64,000 nt of DNA. Source: Hemiscyllium ocellatum. Lineage: Eukaryota. The stretch is from the NCBI RefSeq assembly GCF_020745735.1, contig NC_083429.1:23975877-24039876 (forward strand). The letters run 5' to 3'. The notes under the pieces are model-generated. The model saw only the letters and a list, made by a program, of their open reading frames with translations, was not told where the DNA came from and made no database searches. The translations under genes were made by a program, and so were the position numbers. Below are positions 25,537 to 37,370 of this stretch, piece after piece (position 1 is the first letter of the stretch; every line of letters starts with the position of its first letter).

Positions 25537-26897
25537 TTTTTTAAAATATCTTATTAAACAATACACAGTTTACAAAACAATTAACATTAACAGCTATACA
25601 TAGAGAAACAGCAATTTTACAAGGGAGAGGAGCAGCAAAGCCAGGCCCCAAACCTTACCATTCAACCAGTTTTCAGGGAAGTGAGGACAAACCTCAAATC
25701 CCAGTTTCAATCATTACAAAACAGTAACAATGACATTTGTACATAAAATAAACAGTCCAATTATATAAGGAAGTGCATACTATACAGACCCCCAGCAACC
25801 CAACAAGCTACCCATCCCTCCCACCTTCCAGCTACTCCTAAGGCAGCCCCCCACCCCCACCCCCACCCCATGCCCCTTCCGGCTCTCAACCCACCCCATT
25901 CCCCTTCTGGCTCAAGGTCCACCCTGACATACGTTCCGAACACCTCTAGGACAGCACATCCTGCTTCCCAACCCCCCGCAGGATGACAGCGGTCAGGATG
26001 ACCTACCCACCTTCCGGCCACCTGTAGGATAGCCCGCCTCGGTACCTGCCCAGGGTGACAGCGCTGAGGACGGCCTACCCGACTTCCGGTTACATTCCTT
26101 TTTTTTATTTTATTAAACAATTCACAGTTTACAAAACAATTAACATTAACAGCTGTATACAGAAAAACAGCAATTTTACAAGGGAGAGGAGCAAAGCCAG
26201 GCCCCAAACCTTACCATTCAATCAGTTTTCAGGGAAATGAGGACAAACCTCAAATCCCAGTTTCAATCATTACAAAACAGTAACAATGACATTTGTACAT
26301 ACAAGACAATCCAATTACATAAAAAAACAGTGCATACAATACAGACCCCCAGAAACCCAGCAAGTACCCCCAGTCCCTCCCATCCTCCGGCTAATCTAAG
26401 GCAGCCCACCCCTACGCCCCTTCTGGCTCTCGGTCCACCCTGTGTCCCTTCCAGTTCTCGGTCACATTCCTGGTTATTTTTTTTCATTTCCTGCAGTCAG
26501 GAGACTCTCTGAATCTCCTGTTTATTTATTTTTTATTTCATTAAGCAATTACAAAACACAAGTTTACAAAAAACAGTTAACATTTACAGCTGTATACAAC
26601 AGCAGTTTTACAAGGGACAGGAGCAGCAAACCCAGGCCCCAAACCCTACCATTCAACCAGTTTACAGGAAGGTGAGGACAAACGTCAAGTCCCAGTTTCA
26701 AACATGAAAAGGCATCAACGATGACATTTGTACATAAAAAGCCAACCCAGTTACATAAAAACAGTGCATATAATACAGACCCCCAGAAACACAGCAAGCA
26801 CCTCCCGTCCCTCCCACCTTCCAACCACTCTAATGCAGCCCACCCCTATGCATCTTCCGGATCTCGGTCCACCCTGTGCCCCTTCCAATTCTCGGTC
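25537..26897 (-). mobile_element. Three head-to-tail 3' ends of a poly(A) retroelement, family A (25537-26091, 26099-26463, ~26521-26897)
   Basis: Three diverged direct repeats (attaaacaa..acagtttacaaaacaattaacatt..ccaggccccaaacc), each starting with a T-rich tract on + and ending at an ACATT(C/T)CT motif. No recognisable ORF; probably a 3' UTR. Confidence 0.75.
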
Positions 26898-26909
26898 ACA
26901 TTTCTGTTT

Positions 26910-28463
26910 ACTTCTTTATTTTTTTAAGACACAAGGTGCATGAATCTTTGTTTGGTTTCCAATAAAGGAAGAAAGGAAACACCTGAGTGGCCAGTGACAA
27001 GCAGTGCCCTTCACATCAAAGGGCAATGCTGTGTGATCAAACAGTGAAGGGGAGGGCAGGGACTAAATCAAAATAGAGTTGGAGGGGGAAATAATGCACT
27101 CCACACCCTGCGGCGCCCACCTCTCCCTGAACAACTCCAGGGTGCTGGTGGACATTGCATGCTCCTTCTCCAGAGACACCCGGGCTCTAACGTAACCACG
27201 GAAGAGGGGCAGGCAGTTGGCCCTAATGACTCCACACATTTCTGCTTTTTTTCAAAAGGAGAGTCCTTGACACTGGTCCAGCTTCCTCAGAGCCAGCTCT
27301 CAGAATGACAGAATGTCTGACCCTCCGGTTTTTTTTGACACTCATGTTCTTTTTTACATTTCTGTTTATTTCTTTTTTATCTTTTTTTCTATTCTTTTTC
27401 TTATTCTTTTTTTCTTGCCCACAATACTGCCGAACTGCGGTAGTGCTTATTTATTCCCCAGCACCCATGTGTGTGTGTGCAGGTGTGAGACACAGTGAAA
27501 GACACAAGGTGCACGAATCTTTATTCAGTTTCCACCTCCAGGAAGAAAGGAAACACCCGAGTGGCCAGTGACAAGCAGTGCCCTTCACATCAAAGGGCAA
27601 TGCTGTGTGATCAAAGAGTGAAGGGGAGGGCAGGGGCTAAATCAAAATAGAATTGGACAGGGAAATAATGCACTCCACTCCCTGCATCGCCCACCTCTCC
27701 CTGAACAACTCCCCGGTTTAGGTTGAGACCGCGTGCTCCTTCTCCGGACTCCAACGTAACTGCAGAAAAGGGGCAGGCAGTCGGCCCTAACGACCCCATA
27801 CATTTCTGTTTTTTTTCAATAGGAGAGTCCTTGACACTGGTCCAGCTTCCTCAGAGCCAGCTCTCAGAATGACAGGATGTCTGACCCTCCGTTTTTTTTT
27901 GACACTCATGTTCTTTTTTCCATTTCTGTTTTTTTTAGCAGTGCCCTTCATTCCCCATTTTTTTATTAACCCCCACACTACTGCCTAACTGCGTTAGTGC
28001 TTATTTTTCCCCAGCACTCATGGTGTGTGTGTGCAGGTGTGAGACACAGTGAGAGACACAAAGTGCACGAATCTTTATTCAACTTCCACCACCAGGAAGA
28101 TGGAAAAACACCCAGGTGGCCAGTGACAACATTTCTGTTTCTTTTTTTTTCTTTTTTTTGTGAGACACAGTGAAAGACACAAGATGCATGAATCTTTACT
28201 CAAATTTCCACCACCAGGAAGAAAGGAAACACCCGAGTGGCCAGTGACAAGCAGTGCCCTTCACATCAAATGGAGTTTGTTTTTTTTTTCTTTTTAAATT
28301 AACCCCCGCACTACCGCCTAACTGCGGTAGTGCTTATTTTTTTCCCCAGCACCCATGGTGTGTGTGTGCAGGTGTGAGATACAGTGAGAGACACAAAGTG
28401 TATGAATCTTTATTCAATTTCCACCACCAGGAAGATAGGAAAACACCCAGGTGGCCAGTGACA
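26910..28463 (-). mobile_element. Stack of 5'-truncated Tx1-clade (L1 group) LINE 3' ends, family B (at least 5 copies)
   Basis: Minus strand 27233-27063 reads GVIRANCLPLFRGYVRARVSLEKEHAMSTSTLELFRERWAPQGVECIISPSNSILI*, resembling the C-terminus of fish/amphibian Tx1 ORF2. The 3' UTR is repeated at ~26925, 27415, 27965, 28160 and 28297, each preceded by poly(T). Confidence 0.8.
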
Positions 28464-28475
28464 ACATTTCTGTTT

Positions 28476-29042
28476 TTCTTTGGAATTTCAAGTAGTCAAG
28501 TTTTATTTGTATTGTACAATTCTATTCACATTATCCACAATCAACAATGGTAATAGTAGAGGATGGCTTGCCACCTTCACTGCCACATTTCTCTATCATC
28601 TCCACGACATCATAGCCTTTTACAACTTTACCAAATACGACATGCTTCCCATCCAACCAACTAGTTTTGTCAGTACATATAAAGAACTGTGACCCATTTG
28701 TATTTGGCCCAGTATTGGCCATAGACAGGAGACCACGTTCAGTGTGCTTTAATTGGAAATTCTCATCAGCAAACTTCTGTCCATAAATGGACTTCCCACC
28801 AGTGCCATTGCGGTTTGTGAAGTCACCTCCCTGGCACATGAATTTAGGAATGATTCTGTGGAATGTTGAATTCTTATAACCAAACCCCTTCTCATAAGTG
28901 CACAGTGCACGGAAATTTTCTGCAGTTTTTGGGACCACATCAGCTCTGAGCTCCATCTCGATGCGCCCCACGTTCCTGCCGTTGATGCGATGTCCATGAA
29001 CATGCGCGGGTTCCTGTTCGCCATGACGCCTGCACAAGAACA
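28476..29042 (-). pseudogene. PPIA: Processed pseudogene of cytosolic cyclophilin A (peptidyl-prolyl isomerase)
   Basis: Intronless. ATG at 29024, [12 protein letters not shown], then a 1-nt frameshift at ~28988, then [71 protein letters not shown] at 28507-28502, A-rich tail remnant at 28481-28473, flanked by a direct repeat acaacatttctgttt (28461-28475 and 29040-29054). Confidence 0.92.
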
Positions 29043-29905
29043 ACATTTCTGTTTCTATCTGTCAACCAGGACTCCCTGATTGGCCCAGCTTAACAGTTCC
29101 AATCAGGGAACTAATATTCTATGATATCCACCTGGCTGATCTCATTCCAACCACAACAGCGATAATGACCAGATGATCTGTTTTTGTGACTTTGATTGCA
29201 GGATTAATATAGGCCAGAACATCAGGCATAGATTCCTTGCTCTCCTCAAGACTGCCATGGGATATTTGGCATCCACACAAACAGGGGCTGTGTTTTAACA
29301 TCTTATCACAAAGACAGCTTCTCTGCACTACATCAAACTGTTAACATTTGTCCTTCACTCTTAGAATGGGATTTAAATCCAAAACCCATTAATTCAGAGG
29401 TGTGAGTGTTACCAACGGAACCACAACTGAAAGGTCAGTGCAAATTGTTTCTTCAGAGTGTTGGCAACCAGGCAGTTAATGGTAGAACCATACAATATTT
29501 AAACTGATTTCCCTTATTGTAATTATTATGCCATTGGTTTTAAAATATTCAACCTTACCCTCCTCTGATTTTAGGGATAAAATCTTCACCCAAAACCATT
29601 AAAACTGACATGAGGGACCCTTACCCATGTATGACTTCACGTGCCATTTTATCCTTTCACATTTTTTGTATTTTTTTTTACAGCTATTGCACCTATAGTG
29701 CACTTTCCAAGCACGAAAAGAGTGTGTGAGGACTTTAGGTTTTGTGGTGAGGTTTTAACTTTATGATTCTGTATGTATAAACCACCAATCCTGTATAAAG
29801 ATACTGATTTATTGATAGCAAATGGATCAGAAAAATATATAACCCAGCTACTTTAGTGCCTCAGACCTGATCATTGGGGGTCAGTCCTCCAGCACAGCAG
29901 GCGAG

Positions 29906-30614
29906 TGTTATGAAGATGTGGGTGTATTGTACCTTTAAGAGAATTAAAAGCTAGCAGAACTACCTGACAGCACCAAGTGTTCTGAACAAGATATAATGTA
30001 ACATGAAGTTCAGTAGCTAGGGTAACTGGTTGCCTGGAAGCGACAAAACAGATTCAAATTAGGCCAATCATTTAAGTTATATCCCAAAAAATACCAAACT
30101 CCAATCAAGTTTGAATTTAGTATATTAACAATCTTATAAGCCAATGATACAATCCAATGCTTTGGGGGTAGAAGACCAGGGAACACTAAACAGTTGGGAG
30201 GAGAACTGCCAAGCCATCAACATCTGCAGACTGCTTAGAGAACAGCTCTCTTAAAGATGCCTTTATTGATCAGTTACCTGTGAAACAGAAATCCGTAAGA
30301 AAAAGAAAAGAAGAGGAAGGAAGAGAAGATTCGACATCTGGCTGGTTTTGAAAACTTGAATTTTTGGTAAATCTTAATTGGAGAATTTTATCAGACTCGT
30401 ATTGTAGAAGGGGAAGGTAAAAGATAGGTCAGAGGAAGGAATTGTAAATAGTTGCTAGTTAACTATTCTCTGTTATACCTTAAGAAATAAAGTTGTTAAT
30501 TTGTACTTTAAATAATTCTTGGCCTCTCAAATTTTCACAGGTTACAGCACAGGATAAATCTCTTCTGCATTGCTGGTTTAAATTAAGCAGGAGGGTTTAC
30601 ACCATGTCGTAATG
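29906..30614 (+). mobile_element. Solo LTR (Gypsy-type, ~710 bp)
   Basis: Starts tgttatg and ends cgtaatg (decayed inverted ends); AATAAA at ~30486; same family as 18468-19124. Confidence 0.75.
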
Positions 30615-33600
30615 CATGTCCAAACGTTGTTTAAAGGTGCCCTAAAATTTACTTCTCATTTCATACACTCTCCATGCACCCTCTGCCAGCACATGGCTCT
30701 TAGATTTTTCTGTATACCAGCATATATTCGCCATATCTTCTCTGATTCCTTATTGTACCTCCATAACTTTTATGTTAAAACCACTCCTCTATTATGCACC
30801 ATGTGGATTCCTCTAAAGCCATATCAATGCGATTTATTTGAATATCATTGGAAAACAATGAAACACTCCCTCAGTAGCGGCCTGCAGAGCTGGCATGAAT
30901 TATGCATTAAAATCTCTGACACCATAGGCCTCTGACTCTGGGGTATGAGTGCTACCTGTGACCATTTATTATTTAAGGAGGGCTGAGACTAACCAGGGTG
31001 GGAAAACCTAGTGTAGTACCCAATGTCTAGGTAACTGTATCTCACAGTTGTACAGGATTTATTTATGTAAGTAGTATTTAGATTTGCATCATGGAGGCAA
31101 TTGTCAACAATAACAAACAAAAAATCCAACATAGATTGTTCTGATTCAGGCCCAAAATTTATTTAACCATAAGCAGAAACTTGTTCAGGTGACTGAGCTA
31201 ATTCAGTTGCTTTATGTCAACTGTGGATTCTAGAATTCGTCATTTACCAATGAAAACAAAGGAGATGTCTTCTGATCTTTGGCAACTCACTGAACTCATG
31301 GTGGACACGTTACCAAGAAATAGGTATTAGATTTTAACTTTGACTCTGTGTGTATAAACAACTAATCCTATATACAGATATTGATTTCATAATAGCAAAT
31401 AGATCAGAAAAAATATGCAAACCAGCTCCTTTAGTGCCTCTGATCTGATCATTGAGAGGTGGGAGGGCAGCTGGACTGCAAATCCTTTCACCTAATCACA
31501 CTGCCACCCTCCCCCCCCCCCCCTGTGTGGGGAGCCACTAAATTACAACCTGAGAGTCTCCCTTTCTGTTTTGTTACCAGATGTTATTTTTAATTGATAT
31601 CAGTTATTCATAGACTCAAAAACAGTTGAGGAATTTCACATGAACTGAATCAATGCTTGTCTGCTGTTGTTGGTAGCTTGGAATCATTAGCAACAAGTTG
31701 ATCAGAATCTAAATGAGGAATGGCTGATTGGTGGTTAAGTATTGATCAAGCTGTTTTGTTCTAATGGTGTTGATTCAAGCAAATTCTTTCTGAAGCAGTT
31801 TAAAAAGAGATAAATGTTATGATCGTTGAACCATCCTACAGCAATTCAGGTATTCCTGCCAGTCTGATTTGTCATGAGCTCTGGGACACATAACAGTAAG
31901 CCATGTTTGTCCTATCTTGGCTAGCATGTTATAAAAGAATGTTTCATCAAAAATTTCAGCTGACAATGTAACATGGGATACATGAGTTAAGTGTTTGATT
32001 TAGATGAATTTTCATTATTAAGTAATATTAAACTCACCGCAAATATTTTCATGTTTAAAAAAGCAGCACGCCTCTGAGGGCAATCATGTTGGAATGAAAA
32101 GTCAGAATTACCAGGGGTCTCAAAGTGATGTCTCCCACATGAAACGTTGGAAATTAAACCTTTTTAGAGGTAAGGATCCAGAGAACCTTCTCAAATAAAA
32201 TGTTGTATCTTTAGAGCTGACCCTATTTCAGTAAATTCCAAATTCATCACTTTGACATTCTGTGCTCTGAGTACTTAAGCTCTTTCCACTGCAATTAAAG
32301 TGATGGATTGTTGACTATATCCATAGGTAAGTTATAACAAGCTCACATCCTATTGCACTTAAAGACTGCCTCTTTGTCATCATTTATGTAATAGGGCTGT
32401 AACAGGGTTTTCATCTTTTTGATTGCTGTGCCTTTTTTTTTAAAGCTTTTGATTTCCATCTGTTAATTTTCTAGGCTGGCATATATGGGGGAACTAACGA
32501 CAGCTCCACCACCTGTCTCAGGAGGACACCTAAACCATTGTGCTGCTGTATGCTACATTATGGTCAGTAGCTCAAAACCAACAGAAACAATTCCCTCAAA
32601 TTTGTGGAGAAATACCTGCAGGCAAAGTGAACTTACACTATCCCAGCTACACATTCTCGGATCATCCTGGGCCAGGGTTTGATATAGTAAGAAATTAGGA
32701 GTCATGCATACCCTGTTATGATATTGTGTTGATCAGCAATTTGTAGTGAGGAGGAGATACGGTAAAAGTTGCGAATCACCACGGTTGTTGTATGATTTGA
32801 ACTGCTCCCCCATTCTCCACACACACAGAATCTTGCTATTGGTCTCCCTGTGAATTTCAAGTGTTCGTTCTATTTATGTAGTTATAATAAATTAAGCTTG
32901 CTGCTGAAAGTTAGGGGTAATAGGTAATGATATAAGGACCCTTAATGATATTTATTTTTCTGCAACATTACTTAACCTTTCCAGTCCAGAAAGAGAATAA
33001 CTGAAATTGTGGAGCCTCATTTGTTTAGGTAGTAACTATAAACAATAAAAGAGCATTTTCAAAATGTAAAATCATGTTTGTTTTTTACTTTTCCTTTCTG
33101 CCTCACTTTTCACTTTTTCTTAATCAATCTTTCAACCTCTTTGTTTCTATTTCTGTGCCAATTTGACTCAGACTCTATCTCCCCCTCCATCATTTGTTTG
33201 TTTCTCCTCTAAGATCTCATTGCTTAGAGAGTTAGATTGTTGATTCCATTGTTCATCAAGGTCTCCGATGTCCTTTTGACCTTGGCTTGCCCTTACCGGC
33301 CTGCGCTCTCAGCAATTCGTGATGCAAAAATATTTTGGGCTGAAGGGTAACCAAAAAATTTAATGAATGCTGCAGTAAATTCTGATTCAATAAATTTTGC
33401 CAAGATTTGAATCAAATCATTGAGCTAATATTATCACCAGACTTATGACTTTCGTTTCTGAGCAGATTTGTTCGGATTGGCGTTTTGCCAGATGAAAGCA
33501 AGGATTTCGCATTTATGTTGCACTTTTCATAGGCTTGGGCCACCTTGAAAGATTTTGCACCTAATGAACCACTTCTTAAAATTAGTCATATCTGTAATCT

Positions 33601-34727
33601 AGGAAAAAGTGTCAATATTCTACAGGCAACAATGATAAAAATGGCCACATTAGCTGCTCCTTTGGGTTCAAATGCTGCCCTGGGAATGTTCATGTTCATT
33701 TGATACTGTGGTTCGGGTCTTGATTTAACGTTTCATCTTGCAGATTGCACCTCTAACAGTGTAACATACCACTTATAAATTAGCCTTGATTGAATACTCC
33801 ATTCTCTGGGCCAGATTTTCATCTTTGAAACATTAAATTTGGAGTCTTAGGCTGGCCTGTCACTCAGTGAAGACAACCATCTAGTGAGCAAGAATGTCGA
33901 TTGTTCAGCAATCTTCAAAGGCTTCAATGTATTTAGTTTGAGAGCCTTTGTTGACACAGCTGTGAAGGGGACTTTTACCTTTTTGTTTCTTGTTAGTTTT
34001 AGAACTTTTCAAGACTTTATCTTTCCTTGAACTGATTTTCCATTATCAGGTTGTTCATTTTTTGCAAAATTGATAGATGATAAGAAAAACAAAGCTTTTA
34101 TTTTCCCATGAGAGGATGAATTTGATTAGCAATTTTATGAGCTTGGAAGAGGGGTACTTTTTCAAGCAACTTTTGTTTATTGCAACAGTTTCATGGGTAT
34201 TTCTAAGAGTTGCCAGTGTTTACAGGGCTCACCGATTCTGTACTTCCTGGATAGCGGAAGACTGTTTCAAAAGCTAAGCAGCTGCAAGGACATTAAACCA
34301 ATGTGAAAATCAAGAAAAAAACTCCTCAACACATGTTTATGAAATCTCATCTCAACCTTCCCTTCTGTACGAAGGACAACTCCAGCTTTTCCACTCTAAT
34401 TTAGTAACTGAAATCCCTTATCACCAGAGCCATTCCAAACCCTCACTGGGTGAGGAGAGGTTATGGGAAGTTTATACACACCAAGGACTTAGACTGGATG
34501 GACTCTATGACTTTGAGTGATGTGATGCTTTTTCACAGGTGATAGTTGTGGCAGAGCCACATTGCTTAATTCTTTTATCCTTACTAATACAGAGGAAGAT
34601 ACAGGATGATCAAGAGATATCAAGTTAATGAAGTTACTTTTGGATTATTAGCAGACTCTGCAATGACCAAAAAAAAAGGCTAAATTGTTTTCATGTGTGC
34701 TGTTAACTTTTTTGTAGTTATAGAATC

Positions 34728-34896
34728 TTAGTCATAGAGATGTACAGCACGGAAACTGACCCTTTGGTCCAAATCATCCATGCTGACCAAATATCCTATT
34801 CTAACTTGGTCTCATTTGGCCCATATCCCTCCAAACCCTTCCTATTCATATACCCATCCAGCTGCCTTTTAAATGCTGCAATTGTACCAGCCTCCT
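34728..34896 (-). mobile_element. CR1 LINE 3' tip
   Basis: agtcatagagatgtacagcacggaaac..., as at 11850 and 590. Confidence 0.85.
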
Positions 34897-37140
34897 TCTG
34901 AGCATTTATTTTGTAATACTTTTTTTAAAATAAGCAATCAAGGGATTCATCCTGATCATTCAAATTGATAAATAGATCACATGGTGTAAAATGGAACTTG
35001 GAATTCCTAGGGTTTAGTCCCAAGCAATGTTGAATTAGTTGATCTCAATGAAGATTCTGGCACAAAATTAGATGTTAGGGCTCCTTTAACAAGTAGAGAA
35101 CAGTCAGCCAGAGATTCTGCTCCTTGTTGCTACCCAATGACCTCTCCCCAAGGGACAAAGGTGAGTTGGGACGGGTGTTAAGTGAGGACACGTCATGCAC
35201 AAAGACTGGGCACTTGGATATGTGTCACGACTTGCGGTGGTGCCAAGCTGGAAAGCAGGTCCTGCTATTTCTGGATATGACTCTATGACTCTAAGTTGAA
35301 GATTTTAAAATAAGTACACAAAATTCCCCACTTTTCCTGATATTCAGACATACGCTGATAGAAAACACAATCCGATTTTCTGTGTTTAATATAAAATATT
35401 GTTTACCACAAGTAATTTAGACATTAACTGCATATTAACAGTTATAAACTGTCAGCATAGAACACAACAAATTAAAACTCTAAACTCCTTGTACACAAAA
35501 AGGAAGGGGAGTCTGAAGGAGTCAATACAACCAGCAGATTCAAGATGAGCTGAATAGTTAGAGATATAAAAATACCTGAAAATAAAACAATACCTAAAAA
35601 TAACTGAAGGCAGTTCTAACCTTGAAGTAGGAAGATCAAAGGTATAAAAGACTGAATTTTACTTTAATTCCTAACAAACTGAACCAGTTACATCAAAAGA
35701 TTCTTTTCCAGCCCTGACACACCAACTCATTAATGCTTTGATGACTTGTGCAGCTTGTAATTACTATCAGTCATAAACAGAATTTCCCCTGCTTCTTTTC
35801 TGGCTTGTGATCTTGATGTATTTAAGTACCTCATGATAGGTAGTAAGCAATTGGACTGTTATTCATTTCTTGCAAACAGTATGTTCTCAAAGTCAATTAA
35901 GATACCTAGCAGTGGAGGCACCAAATTCAGTCAAGACTCTTCCCCCACATGGAAGGGACAGAGGATGACTTGAGGACAAAACATGTTCTAGGTGGAATTC
36001 TCCCTACTAGCAAGAGAGGATGGTTGCACAGTCCTTCATCCATAAATCCTGAAACTGTTTCCCAAGATAAAAGAAAAATATTAATACCACAAATAACTAG
36101 AGGTGACAAATGTCCTTCAGTATATATGTAGCATAGTTAGAAGTCACTTGTTCTCAATACAGCTCCCACATAAATTCATTAGGAGAGTGTTCATAATTGT
36201 CCTCTTTATATGAAACAATGTGAATTACCTACATTCAGTAATTAATATTATCCTAACCTTCAAGCAAATCTGCTCTGAAAGCATGGTCTTTGAATATAGT
36301 TTCAGCAAATCCTTGTGGGACTTTAGAATAATGCCAATTAGATATCTACTCCAGTAACGTTACCTTAAATGTCCCAAAGAAGCTCCATTGCAAATGGCAC
36401 GTATGACATATTACATCGGCCAGAAGGTCATTCTGGGACCAGGATAGAAGCTTCCAGGTCTTGAGTGAGCTTTTCATGAGTAGGTGGCTCAATATTGGCT
36501 TGTAATATGATTTAAAGAAAATACTTCCACCCACAGTCCCATCCTAGGCTTGCTACGTCTCTAATAATGAGACATCACCTAGATATTTTCTCATCAACCT
36601 CTTCAGAGATCTAATGACACACATCTGGAATAGATTGGACTTGAACCCAGGCCTACTAGCTCAGGACTTGGGACCTACCACTGCACCACAGTGGCCAACA
36701 CTAGGGTTACCTAAATGGGAGATGCATCATATGATCAAGTTAATGTCCCATTTTCCTAGGAGGAATGTGACCCTAGTTCTGGATCAGGAATCCAGAGGTG
36801 ATCATGCGAGGAAGTTGGACACATGATGCCCCTTTGAAGGTGGCCAATTCAGAAGGTTGGAGTTCCTTGTAAAAGGAAGGGAGGGCAGCTGTTGGCAAGA
36901 TGAGAGCTCAGTTCTCCATAGCCCATAAATGTGGGGTGACTTACGCAGCATCCTGCTGCCTGACTAGCTTACATGAAGAAACTACAATGACATCCCTCTG
37001 TTTGAGGACATCTGAGTGCTATATGTGCTCCCCCACCTTCTTAAAACATATGTATGTAGCTTAGACACCCTGTACTTAATTGCTGGGCTTCTGAAAGAAC
37101 ATTGCAGGTGGTGAAAAGGAAGGGTGAACTGTTATAAAAA

Positions 37141-37370
37141 TTGCGGTTCACTTTCGTGAGTGGATTTTAATCGTATCTCCCCAAAACCCCGTGGAATGCC
37201 CCCTCAGTTGGCTACCTGCTGCCGCCAAGTGGGTAACAGTCACTATACTGAGAAAACTCCGCAGCGACAAGAACATGAACCAGAACAATAGCATTTCCCT
37301 TCCCCACGCTAAAGCCATTGCTCCTGGTCTGGGAAAATGCAGCCATAGGGATTTCAAAAAAAAAAATTTG
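37141..37370 (+). other. Short poly(A)-tailed insertion of unknown origin
   Basis: CpG-retaining ~215-bp segment ending in A11 (37356-37366) and bounded by aaaaattgc / aaaaatttgc. Confidence 0.4.

Larger units (their letters stand above)
25406..29158 (-). mobile_element. Short (~245 bp) solo-LTR-like host element split into 25406-25537 and 29043-29158 by a nested insertion array
   Basis: TG(25406)...CA(29158) ends with flanks gcaa/gcga. It interrupts an older repeat (acagcaa|..|gataatgaccagatgatctg). On the minus strand it has CCAAT boxes, a TATA-like site and a degenerate poly(A) signal in LTR order. Confidence 0.6.

Noticed and set aside
28531-29046. 171-aa ORF as a functional cyclophilin gene, or as a horizontally acquired invertebrate cyclophilin
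   Set aside because: The ORF's N-terminus is out-of-frame UTR/target sequence, and the real ATG (29024) is frameshifted. [19 protein letters not shown] is also normal for fish PPIA, so no transfer is needed.
25530-29054. CRISPR array (short direct repeats with intervening sequences)
   Set aside because: The DNA is eukaryotic, there are no cas genes, the repeats are only ~12 bp, and the spacers vary from a few to ~570 bp with poly(A) tails. These are TSDs of retro-insertions.
35290-36230. Possible reversed ERV/LTR segment
   Set aside because: No clear termini, TSD or second copy in the window.
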